A stretch of DNA of 64,000 nt, from assembly GCA_937989945.1 (NCBI GenBank), contig CALKIG010000141.1:7035-71034 (forward strand). The letters are read 5' to 3'. Position numbers and translations under genes: made by a program. Origin of the DNA: an uncultured Actinomycetes bacterium (GTDB lineage: Bacteria > Actinomycetota > Acidimicrobiia > Spongiisociales > ZC4RG35). The notes below the pieces were generated by a model. The model had not been told where the DNA came from, searched no databases, and saw only the letters and a list, made by a program, of their open reading frames with translations. Positions 17,781 through 26,522 of this stretch are shown here, in pieces; the stretch's first letter is position 1; each line of letters opens with the position of its first letter.

Positions 17781-19250
17781 TCAGTCATACACGCCGGCGA
17801 GGTAGCTCTTGCCGTTGGCGACAACACAGAGCAACGCACCTGCCGACGTGACGATCTGGTACCGATCAGCGTCGCGCTCCCCCGCCCACCAGCGTCCGCT
17901 GAGACGCCAGGGCCCACTCCAGGTGAGGACCGGCTCCCACCTCGTCCCCAGCCGCACCCGGGAGGGCATGCCATCGTCCCATTCGACTTCGAGCGGTCGA
18001 AGACGCGGCGGGACGAGGGCGGGTGATGGCTTGGGAGTGGAACCCGGCCATGGAGCTCCTGGATCCCTTTCGATCTCTGCAGCAGACTCGTTCCAACGCG
18101 ACCAAGCCACCCTTTCGGCCGGCATCCTGCCGCCCTGAGGACGGCCTTCGAGAACACCATCCGGGCCGAGAAGCGACTGGGCCCTCGCCAGAGCTCGCTC
18201 TGCCTCGATTCGCGCCGCCTCGTCACCGAAGATGCCGAGCTGCCGGCCATCGCCGGACAGATCGAAGGGAGCGATCCTGATCCGCGTTATGCCTCCCGGT
18301 ACTCCTCCGGCTTCGACCCATGCGCGAAGCTGCCACCAGACCCGGTCGGTCAATGCCCTCTCTGTGAACGGATCGGCCGATCGCCAGATCCTCTCCCTCG
18401 CCTCACCCAATGCAGGTTGGGCGAGGATCGAGACCTGATGAGGAGCCACGCCGTTCGATCGGAGGCGTTGCAGCATCCGCTCTGAGATGTTCCTAGCGGC
18501 AAAGGCAACCGCATCGACATGCTCCAACGGGTCTTCGAACTCCATTTCCACAGAGAGCTCATCGGCGATCTCCCGTGGAAGCGCATTGCGGTCTTCACCA
18601 CTGGCCAACTTGTGGGCCAAAACGCCCTCGTGGCCAAACCGCGTGGCGAGTGCATCGCGGGGAAAGCCGGCAAGGTCGCCGAGAGTCGAGATGCCAAGCC
18701 ATCGAAACGTCGCTATCAGTGAGTCGCTGGCAACACCCTCACGCAGTGTCTCCAAATCGAGAGAGCGCAAGAACCGCAGAGTGTCCTCGACGATCACTGG
18801 ATCACCGACCGCTGACCGGGCCGCGGCCCATCTGGCGGCAAAGGGGCCGTCGGCTATGCCAACCAGAGCCTCACCGTATCCGGCTATGCCTTCGGCCACC
18901 TTCATCGCAATGATGTCTTCCCCGCCGTAGAAGCGAACCGCTCCCCCGACCGGTACGAAGAGAAGCCCGGGCTCGACGACTTCGACTCTGGGTATCAGGG
19001 CCTCTATCACCTCGATCACCGCCTCGAAGCGTCGCGCCTCCTCACCCACATCCCGGGTCAGGACGGTGGCAAAGGGTGCGAGTGCCTCTGCTTCCCGTCT
19101 CGGCATCCCTAGGGTCACGCCAGCCTCGAGCACCTCCGGCGTAGCGGCCGTAACCCGATCGTCGACGACCAGTAGCGGCTTATCCTGCGGCGCGTCTGGC
19201 CTGGTCAGCGACCACATCGGAAACCAGACGCAGAGGGTTCTTGCTCTCAT
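17781..19250 (-). CDS. imuB: ImuB, Y-family-polymerase-like mutasome subunit
   Basis: N-terminus [15 protein letters not shown]... and Y-family-like palm/fingers, about 490 aa, immediately downstream of imuA'. Start chosen at ATG 19250; the ORF extends to 19310. Confidence 0.8.
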   Translation of the reverse strand: MRARTLCVWFPMWSLTRPDAPQDKPLLVVDDRVTAATPEVLEAGVTLGMPRREAEALAPFATVLTRDVGEEARRFEAVIEVIEALIPRVEVVEPGLLFVPVGGAVRFYGGEDIIAMKVAEGIAGYGEALVGIADGPFAARWAAARSAVGDPVIVEDTLRFLRSLDLETLREGVASDSLIATFRWLGISTLGDLAGFPRDALATRFGHEGVLAHKLASGEDRNALPREIADELSVEMEFEDPLEHVDAVAFAARNISERMLQRLRSNGVAPHQVSILAQPALGEARERIWRSADPFTERALTDRVWWQLRAWVEAGGVPGGITRIRIAPFDLSGDGRQLGIFGDEAARIEAERALARAQSLLGPDGVLEGRPQGGRMPAERVAWSRWNESAAEIERDPGAPWPGSTPKPSPALVPPRLRPLEVEWDDGMPSRVRLGTRWEPVLTWSGPWRLSGRWWAGERDADRYQIVTSAGALLCVVANGKSYLAGVYD

Positions 19251-19857
19251 CTTCGACCTGTTCGATCTTTCGACCGCCATCCTCCACTTCGAACCGTCTC
19301 GTGATCCCACCTGCCCCTTTCCCGGAGGCTTCGAGGAGGATGCGGCGACCCTTCAACTTCCCATGACCTCTGTCGGCCCCTTCCCAGGTGATGCCGAGAG
19401 AACGGAGACGGAGGTGGGACACACCCGCCGGGAGCCGCGGGCCCATTGGCCGGAAAGCAACCAGGGTCTTGCGTGCCCTGGCCAGGGCACCGAGACGGCG
19501 CAGATCTTGATCCTTCATCCCCACCGGCACCTCTGCGAATACCGCAGGGACACCTTCGATCAAGGCGGCTGTGACTCTGGACCACAACGGGCGTTCGTGG
19601 CAGCGGACGATCACCAGGCTCTCCGCCTCGACGCCGGTTTCCCAAGCAGCTTCGGGAGAGATCCATCCCCTCGTGTCGACCACGACCACCGGGCCGGACC
19701 GTGACGGCTCAGCAAGCAGACTCAACCCGATACGGGTGAGACCTGCCCCGGTTTCACCGACCAACTCGGTGATTTTCCCGGGCTGAAGCCGCAAGAAGTC
19801 GCTCTCTCGCGGGCCGTCGAGGAGAGGTGCGGCTAGATCGATCTCCAGTTTGCCCAT
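19180..19857 (-). CDS. imuA: ImuA'-like (RecA/SulA-fold) mutasome subunit
   Basis: 225 aa from ATG 19857 (GGAG 8 nt upstream). Degenerate RecA-like P-loop [13 protein letters not shown]. Upstream LexA box. Paired with imuB. Confidence 0.7.
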   Translation of the reverse strand: MGKLEIDLAAPLLDGPRESDFLRLQPGKITELVGETGAGLTRIGLSLLAEPSRSGPVVVVDTRGWISPEAAWETGVEAESLVIVRCHERPLWSRVTAALIEGVPAVFAEVPVGMKDQDLRRLGALARARKTLVAFRPMGPRLPAGVSHLRLRSLGITWEGADRGHGKLKGRRILLEASGKGAGGITRRFEVEDGGRKIEQVEDESKNPLRLVSDVVADQARRAAG

Positions 19858-19899
19858 TTTTCTGACTCCGCTTCGAGCTCGATAGGGCACTTCACACTA

Positions 19900-19915
19900 T
19901 CGAACATATGTTCGA
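19900..19915. promoter_or_regulatory. LexA (SOS) operator
   Basis: Perfect palindrome TCGAAC-ATAT-GTTCGA, matching the actinobacterial LexA consensus TCGAAC-N4-GTTCGA. It fills the 17 nt spacer between minus-strand TTGTGT (19922-19917) and TAGTGT (19899-19894) upstream of imuA'. Confidence 0.75.
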
Positions 19916-19941
19916 GACACAAGCGCGGATATCCTCGCTGG

Positions 19942-20799
19942 ATGAGCTACTCCACCATCACCTATGAGACGGCCGAACGCGTCGCCACAATCACACTGAA
20001 TCGCCCCGATCGGCTCAACGCCATCAACGACACCATGCCCGGAGAGATCCGCAGCGCTGTCGAAGAGGCAAACCACGACGACGACGTCCACGTGATCGTC
20101 TTGACCGGCGCCGGAAGAGCATTCTGTGCCGGCTATGACTTGAAAGAGTACGCGGAGAACCCGGAGACTCCGCTCACCCAGGACATGCCTTGGGACCCGA
20201 TGATCGACTTCGACCTCATGTACCGGAACACCCAGGACTTCATGTCTCTGTGGCGCTCCTACAAGCCCACGGTGGCCAAGATCCGCGGCTATGCCGTCGC
20301 CGGGGGGTCTGACATGGCTCTGTGCTGCGACCTGATAGTCATGGCTGACGACGCCAAGATCGGGTACCCGCCCACCCGGGTGTGGGGCTGTCCGACCACT
20401 GCGATGTGGGTCTACCGCATCGGAGCCGAGCGGGCCAAGCGAATGCTCCTCACAGGGGACCTCATCGCCGGGTCGGAGGCGAAGGAGATGGGCCTCGTCA
20501 TCGATGCCGTTCCCGAGGCTGAGCTGGACGAGCGGGTGAGCCGGCTGGTCGACCGAATCAAAGGCGTTCCGCGCAATCAGCTGATGATGCAGAAGCTGAT
20601 GGTGAACCAGGCCTACGACAACATGGGCCTTCAGTCGACCCAGATGCTTGCCACGCTGTTCGACGGCATCACTCGTCACTCTCCTGAAGGCATCTGGTTC
20701 AAGGAAAGGTCCGAAGAGGTCGGCTTTCAGCAGGCTGTGAGAGAAAGGGATTCCGGAGAGCCAATCGCTGAGGAAGTCAGCCGGAGAAGAAAGGACTGA
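19942..20799 (+). CDS. enoyl-CoA hydratase/isomerase (crotonase) family protein
   Basis: 285 aa: [42 protein letters not shown]. Crotonase-fold oxyanion-hole motifs. Confidence 0.85.
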   Translation: MSYSTITYETAERVATITLNRPDRLNAINDTMPGEIRSAVEEANHDDDVHVIVLTGAGRAFCAGYDLKEYAENPETPLTQDMPWDPMIDFDLMYRNTQDFMSLWRSYKPTVAKIRGYAVAGGSDMALCCDLIVMADDAKIGYPPTRVWGCPTTAMWVYRIGAERAKRMLLTGDLIAGSEAKEMGLVIDAVPEAELDERVSRLVDRIKGVPRNQLMMQKLMVNQAYDNMGLQSTQMLATLFDGITRHSPEGIWFKERSEEVGFQQAVRERDSGEPIAEEVSRRRKD

Positions 20800-21315
20800 T
20801 CACGGGTCGATCGGAGCGGGAACATGACAAGAGTCGACGCCCGGGCGAATCTCGTAGACAAGCCACTGTCCCCCGGAGCTCTTGAAGACGAGAGATCCGG
20901 TCTCCTGACTATCGCTGCCTCGTATCAGATAGCAGAGCTGTGGCTGCGACAACGACCCGAAGGGCACCTGATCGACGATCACGTCAGCTGAGGGATCTGC
21001 CAGGACCGCAAGCTCGGGTAGCTCCCGCATTGCCGAATCGGGATGAGTCAACTGGCCCCATAGGTCGATATCGTCGAGACGCACCGCCTCGAGCCAGCTT
21101 CGTCCATACGATGCGCCGACGTCACCTGCAAAGGGCGCCCCACCGGCGGCGACCGTTGTCGGAGAGACCTCAGAGCCAGGTGCGAGAAGCGACACGAACA
21201 AGCCTGCAATCACAACAACGCCGGCGGCGGCGCCCGCAAGCCACATTCGCCTGGAGGGCATGGGCCGCTGCCGCCCGAAGTCACCAGCATCGGGAACAAT
21301 TGGCTCGTCGGCCAC
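20800..21315 (-). CDS. hypothetical membrane-anchored protein
   Basis: 171 aa with one N-terminal TM segment (WLAGAAAGVVVIAGLFVSLL). No family recognised. Last gene of a minus-strand trio with the Fpg/Nei gene. Confidence 0.55.
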   Translation of the reverse strand: MADEPIVPDAGDFGRQRPMPSRRMWLAGAAAGVVVIAGLFVSLLAPGSEVSPTTVAAGGAPFAGDVGASYGRSWLEAVRLDDIDLWGQLTHPDSAMRELPELAVLADPSADVIVDQVPFGSLSQPQLCYLIRGSDSQETGSLVFKSSGGQWLVYEIRPGVDSCHVPAPIDP

Positions 21316-21317
21316 TG

Positions 21318-22208
21318 TCAGGGCTCCTCCAGCTCCTCAATCGTCTTCGGCCAGTCGTCTTTGAGCAAGCGCGAGAGCGATCGGTCGGCGAGGAGCTTTC
21401 CGTCGGTCTGGCAGGTGGCGCAGTAGTTGGTCTCGTTTGACGCATAGACGATGCGCTGCACAGGCGAGCCACAACGCGGGCATGGCTCCTGATACTTTCC
21501 GTGAACGGCCATGTCCGGGCGGAAAGCGGTCACCTTTGAGGGCCAACCGTCCCCGACCTCCTCACGGAGACGTTGTGTCCATCCTTCGAGCGACTCGACC
21601 ACCGCACCGTGGAGCCGGGCGATTTCCTCATCGTTCAGCTGGCCGGTCCGCTTCACCGGCGACAGCTGCGCCGACCACAGAATCTCATCGGAGTAGGCGT
21701 TGCCGATACCTGAGAAGATCCGAGGATCGGTCAGCGCACGCTTGAGAGTTCGATTCTCACGGGTGAGGGCCTTCTTGAATTCAGACGGCGATGCCTCCAG
21801 GGGCTCTATGCCGCCTCTGTCCTCATCTCCCAAGGCTTCTTCACCTTTGAGTACCCAGATGCCGGCACGGCGCTTGGTCCCCTGCTCTGTGAGAACGATC
21901 GACGCCCTGTCGAAGTCGAAAGCCGCCAGACCCACCTTCTTCGGTATCGCTTTGCCCGCGGCTTCGAGACGGAGCCTCCCCGCGACCATGAGATGGATGA
22001 CCACGAACAGGTCGTCGGGAAACCCGAAGACAATCCTCTTTCCGATGCGGCGAAACCCCGTGACGCTCTGGCCAACTGGTGCGTCGTAGGGAGGGTCAAA
22101 CGTCCTGAGCACCGACGGCGAGGCGATGCGCACCCCGATCAGTGTCTCGCCGAGGAACTCCCGCTCCAGCGCCTCGATGTAGACGGCGATGTCGGGCAGC
22201 TCAGGCAT
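21318..22208 (-). CDS. Fpg/Nei family DNA glycosylase / AP lyase
   Basis: 296 aa with N-terminal catalytic MPELPD, an H2TH region, and a C-terminal zinc finger CPRCGSPV...YCATCQ. Confidence 0.85.
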   Translation of the reverse strand: MPELPDIAVYIEALEREFLGETLIGVRIASPSVLRTFDPPYDAPVGQSVTGFRRIGKRIVFGFPDDLFVVIHLMVAGRLRLEAAGKAIPKKVGLAAFDFDRASIVLTEQGTKRRAGIWVLKGEEALGDEDRGGIEPLEASPSEFKKALTRENRTLKRALTDPRIFSGIGNAYSDEILWSAQLSPVKRTGQLNDEEIARLHGAVVESLEGWTQRLREEVGDGWPSKVTAFRPDMAVHGKYQEPCPRCGSPVQRIVYASNETNYCATCQTDGKLLADRSLSRLLKDDWPKTIEELEEP

Positions 22209-22214
22209 CTGGAA

Positions 22215-22616
22215 TCAGTCGACTCGCCCGATTGTGTCGGCCAACATCACACCGACCGCGACGAGGATCCCGCCGGCGACGAAGCCGTAGCCGAGCAGGC
22301 CGGTTGTCTCCACATTCAGCTCTCCGAGAGCGATGGCCAAGAGGACGATCAGCGTCGCAACGACGAGGATCGCCACCAGGCGAGCAGTCCTGCTGAAGAC
22401 GTTGATGATGACTGCAACCAGGCCGATCAATACGCCTCCGACGACGAATGCCACCCAGAAGGACACCCCGCCAGAAAGCTGCGCCTCGGACTGGGCAGCG
22501 TTACCAACCGGCGGCCGAAGGAGCACCCCACCGCCGGCGACGAGCGCAGCCGCAACCGCCAGACCGCCGGGCAGCTTGCGCCGACGCGTTGGTTTGCTTT
22601 GAGGGGTCTCCGTCAT
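22215..22616 (-). CDS. hypothetical integral membrane protein
   Basis: 133 aa with 3-4 predicted TM helices. No recognised family. Confidence 0.55.
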   Translation of the reverse strand: MTETPQSKPTRRRKLPGGLAVAAALVAGGGVLLRPPVGNAAQSEAQLSGGVSFWVAFVVGGVLIGLVAVIINVFSRTARLVAILVVATLIVLLAIALGELNVETTGLLGYGFVAGGILVAVGVMLADTIGRVD

Positions 22617-22650
22617 GGTCGTCGAAGTCTAAGTAGGGCCCAGCGTCTCT

Positions 22651-22686
22651 GAATAGAAGAGAGGGCGGCCGATCGGCCGCCCTCTC
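22651..22686 (-). terminator. rho-independent terminator downstream of pnp
   Basis: Perfect palindrome GAGAGGGCGGCC-GATC-GGCCGCCCTCTC (12 bp stem, 22659-22686), followed on the minus strand by TTCTATTC. It lies 18 nt after the pnp stop. Confidence 0.75.
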
Positions 22687-22704
22687 AATCAAGCGTTCGT
22701 GGCT

Positions 22705-25089
22705 TCAGTTGGAATCCATCTCGAAGCTCGGTGCCGCTCGTCGCTCACCCGAGCCCTTCTTTGTCGACTCGGACTTCTCGTGCTTTCCGCGACCACTGTC
22801 GCGGTCACGGTCACGATTGCGATTCCGGTCACGATTGCGGCCACCGCCGCCATCGCCACCTCGGCCCCGGCCACCGTTGCGGTCGCCACCGCCTCCGCCG
22901 CCTCGCGGCGACGAATCGCCATCAGGCAGCGTTGCTCCGGGCAGTGCGTTAACCAATTCCAGGCTCACCTTGCCACGATCGATCTCACGCACCCTCACCT
23001 GGAGCTCATCGCCCTCGGAGAGGTAGTCCTCGACGTTCTCGACTCGCTTGGAGCCATCGATTCGGGAGATATGAAGGAGGCCGTCCCTGCCGGGAAGGAT
23101 GTTGATGAAGGCGCCGAACTTGGTGATTCCGACGACTTTTCCGTCGTACTCCTCGCCGACCTCGGCCTCGGGCGGGAAGGCGATCTGGGTGACTCGCTCT
23201 CTGGCGGCTGCCAGAGCTGCTCCATCGGCAGAAGCAATTCGGACGATTCCCTTGCCGTCGGCCTCTTCGATCTCGATGTTCGCACCGGTCTCTTCTTCGA
23301 GCTCGCGGATGACGGCACCCTTGGGGCCGATGATCTCACCGATCTTGTCCTTCGGCACCTCGATCGATTCGATGCGGGGAGCCCACTCGTTCATCTCGCT
23401 CCTGGGCTCGGCAATCACGTCGGTCATCGCCTTGAGGATGTGCAGTCGGGCATCTCGAGCCTGAGACAGCGCATTCTTCAGGACTTCAGAGGGAAGGCCT
23501 TCGATCTTCGTGTCGAGTTGCAGAGCCGTGATGACATCTGCTGTGCCGGCGACCTTGAAGTCCATGTCGCCAAGGGCGTCCTCGGCTCCAAGGATGTCGG
23601 TCAATGTCACGAATTTCCCGTCATTGTGGATGAGCCCCATGGCCACACCAGCAACTGGTGCCGTGATGGGAACGCCTGCATCCATCAAGGAGAGTGACGA
23701 TCCGCACACCGATGCCATGGAGGAGGAACCATTGGATGCGAGCACCTCGGAGACGAGTCGCAGCGCGTAGGGGAAGTCGTCGGAATCGGGGACAACTGGC
23801 AGCACGGCTTTCTCGGCCAGTGCACCGTGCCCGATCTCCCGGCGCTTCGGTCCGCGCATGAACCCGGTTTCACCCGTTGAGAACGGAGGGAAGTTGTAGT
23901 GGTGCATGTAGCGCTTCGACTCCTCGTTGGCGAGGGTGTCGAGCATCTGCTCCATCTTGAGCATCCCGAGAGTGGTGACGTTCAAGACCTGGGTCTCTCC
24001 ACGCTGGAACAGGGCAGAGCCGTGCGTCCTGTCGACCACACCGATCTCCACGGTCAGCGGGCGAACATCGGTCAATCCGCGGCCGTCGAGACGGACGCCC
24101 TCGTTGACAACGCGCTCGCGGGCCATCTTCTTGAAGACGGACCGGAAAGCGTTCTTGGCCTCGCGAAGGGCATCCGTGTTGTCCTCTTCGATGGCCAGGT
24201 CCTGGACTACTGCTTCGAGCGCCTCTTTCTCGGCGTTCTGTCGCTCCTGCTTGCCGGCGATCTTGACGACCTCGGCGATCCTCGGCGAGGCGAGAGACTC
24301 CACTCTGCTGTACATCTCATCGCTGTAGTCGACAGCGAGCGGGAATTCCACGGTTGGTATGTCGACCTTGGACCGAAGCTCGAGCTGCATGTCGATCATC
24401 TGGCCGATGTATTGCTTGGACTCCTCGAGACCTCGGGCGACGGTCTCCTCGTCCGAGGGCTGATCGCCATCGGCAATCAGGCGCAGCCCTTCGGGGGTGG
24501 CCCCGGCCTCGACCATCGTGATGTCGATCTCGCCGTTGCTGTTGCGATGACCGGCGACGGTGAGCTCGAACACCGACTCCTCCAGTTCGTCGGCAGTCGG
24601 GAACGGGACCCACTCACCCTTCTTGAGGGCAACTCGCACTGCACCTATCGGGCCCTCGAATGGAATCGGGCTGACGGTGAGCGCAGCGGATGCGCCGTTG
24701 AGTGCGATGACGTCGAAAGCCTGCTGGCCGTCGACAGAGAGGCTGGTCGCTACGACATGAGTCTCGCAGCGAAAGCCTTCGGCGAATGAGGGCCGCAGTG
24801 GCCGATCGATGAGACGACAGGTCAGGATCGCTTGCTCACTGGGACGACCCTCGCGCCGGAAGAAGGACCCGGGGATCTTCCCCACCGAGTACATCCGCTC
24901 CTCGAAGTCGACCGTGAGAGGGAAGAAGTCCGCGCCTTCGCGCAGAGTCCTGCTTGCTGTGGCGGCTACGAGTATTTGCGTTCCGCCGAGGGTGGCGACG
25001 ACCGCTCCATCTGCCTGCTGGGCCAATTTGCCCGTGCTCAGAGAGACTTCTTTGTCGCCGATGGTGCCGCTTACTTTGAATTCAGGCAC
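22705..25089 (-). CDS. pnp: polyribonucleotide nucleotidyltransferase (PNPase) with Arg/Gly/Asn/Asp-rich C-terminal tail
   Basis: Two RNase PH domains plus KH and S1 domains. Start set to GTG 25089, preceded by AAGGAG-caata. The ORF-track start at 25149 adds 20 unsupported codons. Confidence 0.95.
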   Translation of the reverse strand: MPEFKVSGTIGDKEVSLSTGKLAQQADGAVVATLGGTQILVAATASRTLREGADFFPLTVDFEERMYSVGKIPGSFFRREGRPSEQAILTCRLIDRPLRPSFAEGFRCETHVVATSLSVDGQQAFDVIALNGASAALTVSPIPFEGPIGAVRVALKKGEWVPFPTADELEESVFELTVAGHRNSNGEIDITMVEAGATPEGLRLIADGDQPSDEETVARGLEESKQYIGQMIDMQLELRSKVDIPTVEFPLAVDYSDEMYSRVESLASPRIAEVVKIAGKQERQNAEKEALEAVVQDLAIEEDNTDALREAKNAFRSVFKKMARERVVNEGVRLDGRGLTDVRPLTVEIGVVDRTHGSALFQRGETQVLNVTTLGMLKMEQMLDTLANEESKRYMHHYNFPPFSTGETGFMRGPKRREIGHGALAEKAVLPVVPDSDDFPYALRLVSEVLASNGSSSMASVCGSSLSLMDAGVPITAPVAGVAMGLIHNDGKFVTLTDILGAEDALGDMDFKVAGTADVITALQLDTKIEGLPSEVLKNALSQARDARLHILKAMTDVIAEPRSEMNEWAPRIESIEVPKDKIGEIIGPKGAVIRELEEETGANIEIEEADGKGIVRIASADGAALAAARERVTQIAFPPEAEVGEEYDGKVVGITKFGAFINILPGRDGLLHISRIDGSKRVENVEDYLSEGDELQVRVREIDRGKVSLELVNALPGATLPDGDSSPRGGGGGGDRNGGRGRGGDGGGGRNRDRNRNRDRDRDSGRGKHEKSESTKKGSGERRAAPSFEMDSN

Positions 25090-25282
25090 TATTGCTCCTT
25101 TGTCAGGAGCCGGGTCCTGTTGGCAGTAGTCATGTCTCGTTCGAGGCACTTGCGAGACATCGCCACTGACAACCGGGGCCGGCTCATTTCATGTTGTGAT
25201 CTCAGCCACTGTGGCTGAAGCTCTGCGGGCCGATCTGGCCCGCATATACGTGAGGAGCGGGATTGCCGCTCCTCACTGAAAG
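25090..25282 (-). promoter_or_regulatory. structured rpsO-pnp intergenic leader
   Basis: Stems in + coordinates: 25250-25276 (11 bp, GTGAGGAGCGG/CCGCTCCTCAC), 25224-25244 (8 bp), 25202-25218, and 25132-25160 (8 bp ATGTCTCG/CGAGACAT). In addition, CTCCT can pair with the pnp SD AAGGAG (25095-25109). Confidence 0.5.
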
Positions 25283-25540
25283 TTATCTGCGTAGACCGAG
25301 TTTGGCGATCAACGCCCTGTAGCGCTCGACGTCCTCTCGACGTAGGTAGTCGAGAAGTCGACGCCTCTTGCCGACCATCATCAAGAGCCCACGACGGCTG
25401 TGGTGGTCATGTTTGTGCTCGCGTAGATGCTCGGTGAGGTGGTTGATCCGCTCCGAGAGCAGGGCCACCTGGACCTCGGGAGATCCGGTGTCGCTCTCGT
25501 GTGTGCCGTACTCGGCAACGATCTCTGTTGGTGTCTTCAT
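25283..25540 (-). CDS. rpsO: 30S ribosomal protein S15
   Basis: 85 aa: [48 protein letters not shown]. Canonical S15. Confidence 0.95.
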   Translation of the reverse strand: MKTPTEIVAEYGTHESDTGSPEVQVALLSERINHLTEHLREHKHDHHSRRGLLMMVGKRRRLLDYLRREDVERYRALIAKLGLRR

Positions 25541-25598
25541 TGCGCGTAAAACCTGAATCGGTGAGGGGAACTCTCAGAAGAATAACAGATCCTCATCT

Positions 25599-26522
25599 TC
25601 AACCCATAACCGTATCGAGAATCTCTCTTGCGCGTCGCACGTCGTCGTCCATGTGCTCAACCAGCTCTTCGACGGACGCGAACTCGAGCTCCGGGCGAAG
25701 ACGCTCGACGAACTCAACGGTGAGATCCTCGCCGTATATGTCATCTTCGAAATCGAGGATGTGAGCTTCGATGATCCTCGCACCGCCGCCAAAGGTTGGC
25801 CTCGTGCCTACGTTCGTAGCCGCCATGCGAGAAATACCACCGACTGTGGCGATGGTGGCGTAGACGCCGTCGCCGGGAACCACTTTGCGCGCCACCGGGA
25901 GGAGATTGGCCGTCGGATAGCCGATCGCCTGGCCCCGATTGTCGCCATGAACGACAGCGCTGGTGGTGGCGAATCGGGACCCCAGGAGCGTTGCCGCGTC
26001 GGCCACAGAGCCAAGCTCGATGAGGTTCCTGATGCGAGAGCTCGAGACGGTCACCCCGCCCTCGGCGATCAGGTCGACGACGTGAACGTCAAACCCGGCA
26101 ACTCGTCCCGCCGTACTGAGGAAGGCGGCGTCGCCCGCTCGATCCTTACCGAAGTGGAAGTCGCTTCCTATGGTCAGCGACCTGAGATTGAGTCGCTCCA
26201 CGAGTATCCGATCGACGAATTCCTGAGGGCTGAAATAGCGAATTTCGCCCAGATCGAGAACGGCCACGACCTCCGCACCTGCCTCTTCGAGGAGATCAAG
26301 CCTCTCTTCGATGGTTGTCAGGAGCCTCGGTGTGGTGCCTGGCGCCAGGACCTCGACCGGATGGGGGTCGAATGTCACAACCGTCGCGGCGCCCTCGGGC
26401 TCGAAGGCCCGGGACAGCAATTCTCTGTGCCCGACGTGCACGCCGTCGAACACCCCGAGGGTGCCCGAGCCGGGATCCGACTGGCTTTGCCAGCCGACGA
26501 AGCTACCGCTGAGCACGCGCAT
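25599..26522 (-). CDS. ribF: bifunctional riboflavin kinase / FMN adenylyltransferase
   Basis: 307 aa with GVFDGVHVGHRELL (FAD synthetase N-domain) and a C-terminal riboflavin kinase (GYPTANL, RPTFG). Start overlaps the truB stop by 1 nt. Confidence 0.92.
   Translation of the reverse strand: MRVLSGSFVGWQSQSDPGSGTLGVFDGVHVGHRELLSRAFEPEGAATVVTFDPHPVEVLAPGTTPRLLTTIEERLDLLEEAGAEVVAVLDLGEIRYFSPQEFVDRILVERLNLRSLTIGSDFHFGKDRAGDAAFLSTAGRVAGFDVHVVDLIAEGGVTVSSSRIRNLIELGSVADAATLLGSRFATTSAVVHGDNRGQAIGYPTANLLPVARKVVPGDGVYATIATVGGISRMAATNVGTRPTFGGGARIIEAHILDFEDDIYGEDLTVEFVERLRPELEFASVEELVEHMDDDVRRAREILDTVMG

Noticed and set aside
22689-23026. Several short ORFs in both strands over the pnp 3' end (for example 22689..22922, 22709..23026)
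   Set aside because: They are products of the hexanucleotide low-complexity repeat that encodes the PNPase tail. All are out of frame or antisense to pnp.
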